64,000 nucleotides of DNA from Kiritimatiellia bacterium (GTDB lineage: Bacteria; Verrucomicrobiota; Kiritimatiellia; RFP12; JAAYLN01): positions 23,685 to 87,684 of the forward strand of contig JAZQOA010000056.1 in the NCBI GenBank assembly GCA_045627605.1, written 5' to 3'. The notes under the pieces are model-generated. The model saw nothing but the letters and a program-made list of their open reading frames with translations. It was not told the origin of the DNA and made no database searches. This document shows, piece by piece, positions 9,366-16,972 of this stretch (the first letter of the stretch is position 1; every line of letters begins with the position of its first letter). Position numbers and translations under genes: made by a program.

Positions 9366-12300
9366 CTACTTCATCTCCACCTTGACGTGGAAGAACCGGT
9401 GCGATGCCTCGACGGGGCTGCTCCACGTGCCGCCGAGTTCGGCCTTGCCTTCGATCGTGTAGGTGCGCTTCGCCTCTTCCTCGGGCGGCAGCTTCGGCTC
9501 CCATGAGACCACCGGGGCACCGTTCTCGAACGCGATCCGCGCCCGGAAAACGGCATCCTTGTCCGTCGGGTCGAGCCCGGCGACGTAGCACTGCCAGACC
9601 TTGTCCACGCCGTTCGCGGCGGTCGCCATCGCCGCCGTCTCGTACGCCGCCTCCGTGCCGCCAAGCCCGTATTCGTCGAGCCATTCGTAGGGCACCGGCA
9701 CGGGCGTGGTCTGCGTCTCGGACGACTCCGACGGCATTTCGCCGCTCCACGACACGCAGTCGATCGCCACGAAGTCCGCGATGTCGTCAGCGGTGCCTGC
9801 GTTCCAGAACTCCCAGCGGACGACATGCTCGCCTTCGCCGGTGATTTCGGTTGACATCGCCGTCCAGCCGCAGGTGTCGTAGAGTCCGTCAACGGGTTCC
9901 CCGTCGATGAACAGGTCGAATCCCGCCGCATGCCCCGTCGAGACCATCGCCTTGTAGGCGAGCGTCCCCGGCCCGGTGACCGTCGTTTCAAGGCAGCTCA
10001 CGTCGTCCCCCAGCACCGGCCCGGAAACCGCCGCGCCCGTGGCGTCCGACGCGATCTCCAGCTGCGGCGTCCAGGCGGCGGCGCCGTAGGTCGTCCACTC
10101 CAGCTTCGGCGCGTCGAGGACGCCGCCGAGGGTGACGGCGTTCACCGCGACCGCCAGCGAACGCGGCCTGTCCGCGACGAACGAGAGCGAATTGCCGTCG
10201 CGGGTAACGCCCGTCCTGTCGCCCGACACCTCGGCCGTGTAGAACGCCGTTGTCGGCGCGAAGTCGATGCGGACGCTCTCGCCGTACTTCACCCACCGGT
10301 TCGTGAAGGACGTCGTGGCGGGGCCCGTCAGGGAGAGCTCCACCCAGCAGTTCGTCTCCCACAGCCACGTGATCTCCGAATCCTCGTAAAGGACAAACGA
10401 AACCGTGTTCGACGGGCCGCTTGCGGGAATGCTCCCGCTTCCGGCCCAGCCGATGCAGCCGTACCGCCAGCCGTCTTCCTCGACGACCGCCTCCACCGAG
10501 GCCGTCACCACGTCACCGTAGTGGCGCGCGCCCTCCGTCCCCGACACGACCGCCGTGCCGTGCGCGGACGACGCGGTGACATTCTCCACCGGCAGCCACG
10601 AGGTGCAGACGGCGGAAATCGTCCGCGGCCTGTCCGCGACGAAGACCAGCGCGTCGCCCTCGCGGGCAACGCCCGACATGTCGCCCGTGAAGGCGAACTC
10701 GTAGAAGAGGGCGTCCGTCGCGAAGTCGATGCGGACGCTCTCGCCGTACTTCACCCACTGGTTCGTGAAGGCCGTCGTGGCGGGGCCCGTCAGGGAGAGC
10801 TCAACCCAGCAGTTCGTCTCCCACAGCCACGTGATTTCCGAATCCTCGTATAGCGTAAACGAAACCGTGTTCGACGGGCCGCTTGCGGGAATGCTCCCGC
10901 TTCCGGCCCAGCCGATGCAGCCGTACCGCCAGCCGTCTTCCTCGACGACCGCCTCAACCGAGGCCGTCACCACGTCGCCGTAGTGCCGTGCGCCGTCCGT
11001 CCCCGACACCACAGCCGTGCCGTGCGCGGTCTGGGCGGCGACGTCAAGGAACGGCCGCCACGAGACATTGTCCACGAAACCCGCGTCCTCGCCGGCGGCC
11101 GTGGTCGAGCCCTTCTCGTAGCGCCAGGTGACGGCGTGCTCGCCGTCGCCCAGCTCGAACGCCACATGCGCCCACGCCTTCTCGCCGCTGACTCTCGCCT
11201 GCTGGACGCCGTCGGCGTACACCGCGAGGAAATGGCCGCGGGCATTGCAGGAGACGCGCCAGTCGAAGGCGAAGATGCCCGCGCCCGAAACCGCGACGGA
11301 CATCTCCGTCGCCGCGCTGCTCCCGATCTCCGGGCTCCGCACCGCGTAGCCGCCCGGGCTGTCCGCGTCCGCGACCGCGTACCACTCAAGTTCGTTCGTC
11401 ACGGAGACGGGCCAGACGTACACGCCCAGCGAATCCGTGATCACGAAGGGCACCTCGACCGCGCCCGTGTAGTTGACCCCGCCCGTCACAACCGCGCAGC
11501 CCGTCCCCGGGCGGTCGTTGTCGCGGTAGGACACCTCGTAGTTCCCCGGGGCGACGTCGCGGCCGTCCGCCGTCACGGACACCGCCGGGCAAATCGCCTC
11601 GCCGAGATACACATACACATTGGGGTCGCACGTGGCCGTCCATTCCTCGACCGGGAGGATCGTGAACGTCGCCCCCGTGAACGAAAGCGTGTAGTTCCCG
11701 CCCGCGTCGAGCGTCCCCTGCCCAATCGCGTAGGTGCCCGCGTTCTCGCCCGCCGCGCGGGTCAGCGCTCCCGTCATCTTGTCGGTTCCCACAAGGCCGC
11801 TCGCCGTGTAGGTCAGGGCCGGATCGGCGGCACCGTAGGTCTTTGACGCGGCGTTGGCGGTCACCGTAAGAGCCTTCTTGTTGATGATGAAATTCGCCCC
11901 CGTGAACGAAAGCGCATAGTTCCCGCCCGCGTCGAGCGTCCCCTGCCCGATCGCGTAGGTGCCCGCGTTCTCGCCCACCGTGCGGGACAGTGCACCCGTC
12001 ACCTTGTCGGTACCCACAAGGCCGCTCGCCGTGTAGGTCAGGGCCGGGTCGGCGGCGCCGTAGGTCTTCGACACGGCGTTGGCGGTCACCGTAAGAGCCT
12101 TCTTGTTGATGGTGAAATTCGTCCCCGTGAACGCTATCGTGTAGTTCCCGCCTGCGTCGAGCGTTCCCTGCCCGATCGGGTAGGTGCCCGCGTTCTCGCC
12201 CGACGCACGGGACAATGCACCCGTCACCTTGTCGGTTCCCACAAGGCCACTCGCCGTGTAGGTCAGGGCCGGATCGGCGGCACCGTAGGTCTTTGACGCG

Positions 12301-13508
12301 GCGTTGGCGGTCACCTGCACGGCGCGTTTGGCGATGCAGACGGGGATGACGCCGGTTTCAACGACAGCACCGTTAATGGTGACCTTGTACCAGATGTTCG
12401 TGTCGCATACATCCCTAAAGACGGGCCTTTCGGAAGAGTAGGCGCCGTTTTCGGAAGATGCGTAGGAGACGGCGCACGGTACGCTTCCGCACTCCGCCGT
12501 GACGGACACCTCCAACGCCACGCCGTCGTAGCATTTCTCGCAGCCGTTCTCGGGCACGTTACAATCGTACCGCGTCATGCGAAGTCCCCGCCAGGTTCCA
12601 TCGGAGGAAATCGCCGCTTCCCACTCCTCGCTGAACTTCGACGGGTAGTATCCGGCGGAGCAGTACGAGCCGAAGTCACGATAGTCAAAACTGACATCGG
12701 GAACGCCTTCTGGAAAGATGAATGACGTTAGGCTGCGGCAACCGTAAAACGCATCGTCCCCGATGCTCGTCACCGACGACGGAATCGTCACTGACGCCAA
12801 GCCGCTGCAATAATAAAACGCTTCCATCCCGATGCGCGTCACGCCATCGGGAATCGTCACAGACGTCAGCCCGCTGCAATAATGAAACATTCCAAATCCG
12901 ATGCTCGTCACGCCCACGGGAATCGTCACAGACGTCAGGCCGCTGCAACCCGCAAACGCAGAGCTCCCGATGCTCGTCACCGAAGACGGGATCGTCACAG
13001 ACGTCAGGCCGCTGCAATTGTAAAACGCAGAGTCCCCGATGCTCGTCACGCCCTCAGGGATCGTCACTGCCCCGTTTTTACCGGCAGGGCATTGGATCAG
13101 CCCTGTTTGCGCTATGTCATAGAGAATGCCGTCAACGGAATAATACGACGGATTGCCGTTGGCAACGGCGATCGCCGTTAGACAGCGGCACCCCCTAAAC
13201 GCACCATTCCCGATGCTCGTCACGCCTTCGGGGATCGTCACAGACGTCAGACCGCTGCAATTGTAAAACGCATAATCACCGATGCTCGTCACGGGATAGC
13301 CGTTGATCGTTTCGGGGATGGCGACGCTCCCGCTCGTGCCTGTCGGAATCGCCGACGACCAACCGTTGCCTATCGTCGCCTTTCCGCCACTAACGCTGTA
13401 CTGCCACGTCACACCGTTGCCGTCGGTGTACGTGTCGCCAAAGGCAACGGCCGCGCTGAACACTAACGCGGCCGCAAGCGCACAAAAGCGCAAAGCAAGT
13501 TTTTTCAT
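9366..13508 (-). CDS. Large surface adhesin-like protein: signal peptide, BspA-type leucine-rich repeats, 3x MBG domains, 2x ~160-aa tandem repeat (Listeria-Bacteroides-repeat-like)
   Basis: Start taken at MKKLALRFCALAAALVFSAAVAFG (ATG at 13508), not the upstream ORF start. Repeated xIPxxVTSIGxxAFxxCxxLTSVT modules. Three ~76-aa KTYGAADPALTYTASGLVGTDK...GGNY repeats. Confidence 0.85.
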   Translation of the reverse strand: MKKLALRFCALAAALVFSAAVAFGDTYTDGNGVTWQYSVSGGKATIGNGWSSAIPTGTSGSVAIPETINGYPVTSIGDYAFYNCSGLTSVTIPEGVTSIGNGAFRGCRCLTAIAVANGNPSYYSVDGILYDIAQTGLIQCPAGKNGAVTIPEGVTSIGDSAFYNCSGLTSVTIPSSVTSIGSSAFAGCSGLTSVTIPVGVTSIGFGMFHYCSGLTSVTIPDGVTRIGMEAFYYCSGLASVTIPSSVTSIGDDAFYGCRSLTSFIFPEGVPDVSFDYRDFGSYCSAGYYPSKFSEEWEAAISSDGTWRGLRMTRYDCNVPENGCEKCYDGVALEVSVTAECGSVPCAVSYASSENGAYSSERPVFRDVCDTNIWYKVTINGAVVETGVIPVCIAKRAVQVTANAASKTYGAADPALTYTASGLVGTDKVTGALSRASGENAGTYPIGQGTLDAGGNYTIAFTGTNFTINKKALTVTANAVSKTYGAADPALTYTASGLVGTDKVTGALSRTVGENAGTYAIGQGTLDAGGNYALSFTGANFIINKKALTVTANAASKTYGAADPALTYTASGLVGTDKMTGALTRAAGENAGTYAIGQGTLDAGGNYTLSFTGATFTILPVEEWTATCDPNVYVYLGEAICPAVSVTADGRDVAPGNYEVSYRDNDRPGTGCAVVTGGVNYTGAVEVPFVITDSLGVYVWPVSVTNELEWYAVADADSPGGYAVRSPEIGSSAATEMSVAVSGAGIFAFDWRVSCNARGHFLAVYADGVQQARVSGEKAWAHVAFELGDGEHAVTWRYEKGSTTAAGEDAGFVDNVSWRPFLDVAAQTAHGTAVVSGTDGARHYGDVVTASVEAVVEEDGWRYGCIGWAGSGSIPASGPSNTVSFTLYEDSEITWLWETNCWVELSLTGPATTAFTNQWVKYGESVRIDFATDALFYEFAFTGDMSGVAREGDALVFVADRPRTISAVCTSWLPVENVTASSAHGTAVVSGTEGARHYGDVVTASVEAVVEEDGWRYGCIGWAGSGSIPASGPSNTVSFVLYEDSEITWLWETNCWVELSLTGPATTSFTNRWVKYGESVRIDFAPTTAFYTAEVSGDRTGVTRDGNSLSFVADRPRSLAVAVNAVTLGGVLDAPKLEWTTYGAAAWTPQLEIASDATGAAVSGPVLGDDVSCLETTVTGPGTLAYKAMVSTGHAAGFDLFIDGEPVDGLYDTCGWTAMSTEITGEGEHVVRWEFWNAGTADDIADFVAIDCVSWSGEMPSESSETQTTPVPVPYEWLDEYGLGGTEAAYETAAMATAANGVDKVWQCYVAGLDPTDKDAVFRARIAFENGAPVVSWEPKLPPEEEAKRTYTIEGKAELGGTWSSPVEASHRFFHVKVEMK

Positions 13509-13612
13509 CGTGCATTCTCTTTCGCGCCAACCTTGTCGAGGCCTGCCGCTCCGGCGCGAAAAGAGGAGCGGCTGGCCTTCCAGTTCTAAACTCGTCTTCC
13601 GACACAAAACCG

Positions 13613-14548
13613 TCACTTCGACCCTTTGCACATGGCGCAGTGAGTGTCGCATTTGGCGCAGCAGTCGCAAGGCCCAATGCGAAGATTCCCCTTGAACAAG
13701 CTTTCCATAATCGGGTTGAACTCGTCCGACACGCCAGCAGCGCGTCTGATGAAATCACGGACGGCTTCGACCAGATCCCCATGGCATTCTTCATCGTTTA
13801 CACAGACACGGAGCCGCCCGATCAGGCTCTCACGCTCCATCCAGGGGCCTGTAACCACCGGGGGATGATTTTTATCACCCTCCTTGCCGTACTCGAGCAT
13901 CTCGGCCAAGACATCAGTGGCCTCAATCTCAATCTTATCCGCTTTGACACCTTCGGGAAGTGTGACAATAAGACGGGCCTCCCTCTCGTCACGCCAGCCA
14001 AGATATTTTGACACTCCGGGGAGGAGTTTTATGTTTTCCTGGAAATTACCCATCCCATCCGACATTATGCAAATTTCGCCATTCGAGAAATGCACAAGAT
14101 TTTCTTTATTCCCGGAGAGGTAGCACACATACGACAACTTCGCCTCGGCGGCAACGCAGTGATCCTCTTGAACATGTCCGCCGACAACAGGATATGCATT
14201 CAGTTTCCCGCCTTTGAAAAGGGCCAGAATCTTGCTCCTTGAAAAGCGAAGGCGAATCGCCTCGTTCCTTGTCCGTCCATAGACTGTCCACATGGCCGGA
14301 CTCTCCGTCGGGGCGGCGGAAAGGGAAAAGACGAATGTACGATCAGCTCCGGGGAACTTTTCCGTACCGTCATTCATCGCGTCGGCACGGGAAAGACGGA
14401 GCCGTCCGTACTTGAGCATGCCAAGCAGACCTTCGATCCTGGTATGGTGAAACATATTGTATTGCCCACCGACTGTTTTTTCATCGATGCGGAGCCGTTC
14501 ACATATCTGATCTGCCGTCAGACTTTCAAGCGTAGTTTTCGTGCTCAA
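13613..14548 (-). CDS. DUF2971-family protein with Cys-rich C-terminal tail
   Basis: 311-aa ORF. MFHHTRIEGLLGMLKYGRLRLSRADAMNDGTE matches the DUF2971 N-terminal NDxxE signature. C-terminus GPCDCCAKCDTHCAMCKGSK. The start is uncertain: either TTG at 14548 or ATG at 14455 (MFHHT). Confidence 0.65.
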   Translation of the reverse strand: MSTKTTLESLTADQICERLRIDEKTVGGQYNMFHHTRIEGLLGMLKYGRLRLSRADAMNDGTEKFPGADRTFVFSLSAAPTESPAMWTVYGRTRNEAIRLRFSRSKILALFKGGKLNAYPVVGGHVQEDHCVAAEAKLSYVCYLSGNKENLVHFSNGEICIMSDGMGNFQENIKLLPGVSKYLGWRDEREARLIVTLPEGVKADKIEIEATDVLAEMLEYGKEGDKNHPPVVTGPWMERESLIGRLRVCVNDEECHGDLVEAVRDFIRRAAGVSDEFNPIMESLFKGNLRIGPCDCCAKCDTHCAMCKGSK

Positions 14549-14804
14549 TTCATGATGCCTCTTTCGCGCCTACCTTGTTGAGGCCCGCCGCTCCGGCGCG
14601 AAAAAAGAGTGGCGTGCCTTCAGAATATGTCTTATCTGAGGCACCGCCAAGCGCCCATAGCTAAACATAATGATGAAAGTACGCCACGTGATCGCATCAC
14701 GTGACGCAACCTTCGTATTCGCTTAGCTATTGAAAAATTGGCGGTATTTCAGATAAAGCCAAATACGCAGTTGCGTACGTCCCCCGGCCCGAGGCCGGGA
14801 CACA

Positions 14805-14905
14805 CCGGGAACGATTCCCGGCTCTTTAATTGGCGGGCCACGCCCGCCTATGTAAAAAGAACAACGCAAATTGCCGAGGCAATTCGCAGGTAAAATATTA
14901 CACAA
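14805..14905 (+). repeat. Repeated element X (copy 2)
   Basis: CCGGGAACGATTCCCGGCTCTTTAATTGGCGGGCCACGCCCGCCTATGTAAAAAGA...AAATTGCCGAGGCAATTCGCAGGTAAAAT. About 85% identical to 7478-7590. Confidence 0.7.
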
Positions 14906-15109
14906 AAGCGGCAGTTGTGTCAAACAATTCTGGAGATGCCGCGGCTGCCACCGCGTCGCGACACCTCCTTTTGAACGGGCTAAAGAATCCCCTCCTTTTA
15001 GAGTCCTTTCCAGGCGGCGACCGACCTTGAATACGCTTACGACAACACCGTTGTTTACGTATACTATACGGCAAAACCAAGCCAAACGAGGTAGAGCTCA
15101 ATCTCGAGC

Positions 15110-15467
15110 ATGACTATTTCAGCAGATGACAAAGTCAAACGTGAGTTCTCGGCTTTCTGCAGCGATGTCGGACTCTCCGCTTCCGCGCTCATCAACGTGT
15201 TCATGGTGAAGACGGCATGTGAACGCCATGTGCCGTTTGTCATCGAAGTGCCGCACATCCCCAATGCCGAAACCATCGACGCGCTCAAAGAAGGCGATCG
15301 CATCGTCGATGACCATACGCGCAAAAGGTACACAAGCCTTCAGGAAACTGGTCGAATCACCGCAAATGCCATATCGCCCCCAGACTGACTGCTGATCTAC
15401 CAGATCAAGGAAAGCGTCCTCGTCCTTGAATTGACTCGTACCTGCACCCACGCCGATTTGTCCTGAC
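15110..15467 (+). pseudogene. Degenerate dinJ-yafQ locus: DinJ antitoxin fused out-of-frame to the 3' end of yafQ after a ~190-bp deletion
   Basis: The first 76 codons are about 90% identical to dinJ at 6801. A deletion removes the dinJ 3' end and yafQ codons 1 to about 50. The remaining yafQ tail (HRECHIAPD...) is out of frame. Confidence 0.75.
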
Positions 15468-15469
15468 CC

Positions 15470-15885
15470 GCCGCCGACGCAATCTTTTCGCATCTCACGT
15501 CCTCTGCGGGGAGCAAGGGCGTGAGACACGAGACGAGAGACAAGAAGCACCAGCCCGCCCTCGATCAACTGCGGCAGCGGGGCGATCCTTTCGCGTCTCG
15601 TGTCCTCTTCGGGGAGCGAGGTCGTGAGACACGAGACGAGAGACATGAAGCACCAGCTCCATCCTCGATCAACTGCGGCAGCGATGCGATCCTTTCGCGT
15701 CTCACGTCTCGCGTCTCGTGTCCTCTGCGGCGAGCAAGGGCGTGAGACACGAGACGTGAGACAAGAAGCACCAGCCCACCCTCGATCAACTGCGGCAGCG
15801 GCGGGGCGATCCTTTCGCGTCTCGTGTCTCGCGTCTCGTGTCCTCCCGCGGTGAGCGAGGGCGTGAGACATGAGACATGAAGCGC
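15470..15885. repeat. Array of ~123-bp hairpin repeat, about 3.5 units
   Basis: Same family as 6243-6532 and 7345-7477, and again starts CCCGCCGCCGACGC right after the TA stop. Confidence 0.85.
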
Positions 15886-15913
15886 CCGCCCAACCCCTCA
15901 CCCGAAACGGAAA

Positions 15914-15982
15914 CCGAATCTGACCGAATGAAAATGCCGAATCTGACCGAATGAAAATACAAAATATGACCGAACGAAATCA
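15914..15982. repeat. 23-bp tandem repeat x about 2.5
   Basis: CCGAATCTGACCGAATGAAAATG repeated with period 23. It is AT-rich relative to the surrounding DNA. Confidence 0.7.
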
Positions 15983-16096
15983 AGACGCTGCAGGCGGCAT
16001 TCGCCTCGCAAGCATTGCAAAGCGCAGTTGTTTCGCATGCCTCCTGTGGGGAAAATGCTTGCGAACAAGTCCGCAGTTTGCCATAATTTCTCCACC

Positions 16097-16894
16097 ATGA
16101 ATGTTGGAAAGTATCTGGAACGCATCGGCTACCAGGGCGGTCTTGAACCGAACGCCGCAAACCTCGCCGCGCTCGTGCAGGCCCACCGTCTCACGGTTCC
16201 CTACGAAACGTTCGACATCTGGCGCGGGCGCCATACGACACTCGCCATCGAGGACATCTACGGGAAAATCGTCACGCGCCGCCGCGGCGGCTACTGCTTC
16301 GAGCTGAACGGCCTCTTCGCCTGGCTGCTGCGCGAACTCGGCTACAATGTGCGCGAATACTTCGGCCGCTGGCTCCTGGGCGAAGACCGGGCCGTGCCAA
16401 AGCGCCGCCATCGCGTCGTGTGCGTCGCCCTGCCGTCGGGCCCGAACAAGATCGCCGATGTCGGCATCGGCATGCCGTTCGTCCTCTCGCCCCTCGACTT
16501 CGTCCTCGACGTCCCCCAAGTGGGCGACAACAAGATCTACCGCTTTGTGAAGGATCCTGTCCTGACTTGCGCGGTGCAGGCGAAAAAGCGGGACGGCACC
16601 TGGGTCAATCTCTTTTCATTCGACACCGCGCCGCAGCTGCCGATTGACTTCGCCTACGCGCACTGGTGGTGCGAGACGCACCCCGACAGCCCGTTCCGGA
16701 AAAACGCCTGGGCCTTCCTGCCCCTTCCCGACGGCGGCTTCAAGTCCATCCGCCTGGAAGCCGTCCCCGGCACGGACGAACCGCTCCCCGTGTTTTCGGC
16801 CGTCGCCGCCGACGGAACGGAGCAAAAGTCCATTTTGCACGGCGAGACGGCCCTCGCCGAAGCGCTCAGGGAGCATTTCGGCATCGTCGAATAA
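16097..16894 (+). CDS. Arylamine N-acetyltransferase (NAT family)
   Basis: Catalytic-Cys motif RGGYCFELNG. Start taken at MNVGKYLERIGY, the typical NAT N-terminus. Confidence 0.85.
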   Translation: MNVGKYLERIGYQGGLEPNAANLAALVQAHRLTVPYETFDIWRGRHTTLAIEDIYGKIVTRRRGGYCFELNGLFAWLLRELGYNVREYFGRWLLGEDRAVPKRRHRVVCVALPSGPNKIADVGIGMPFVLSPLDFVLDVPQVGDNKIYRFVKDPVLTCAVQAKKRDGTWVNLFSFDTAPQLPIDFAYAHWWCETHPDSPFRKNAWAFLPLPDGGFKSIRLEAVPGTDEPLPVFSAVAADGTEQKSILHGETALAEALREHFGIVE

Positions 16895-16972
16895 ATCCGT
16901 AACCTTTTCACCTCCCGTTCGTAAACAACACGGAAACGAAACGACAAGCACGAACCCAGCAGGAGGGGAAAA

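Noticed and set aside
13640-14291. Small plus-strand ORFs overlapping the DUF2971 gene
   Set aside because: They are fully antisense to a family-recognisable gene, with no RBS.
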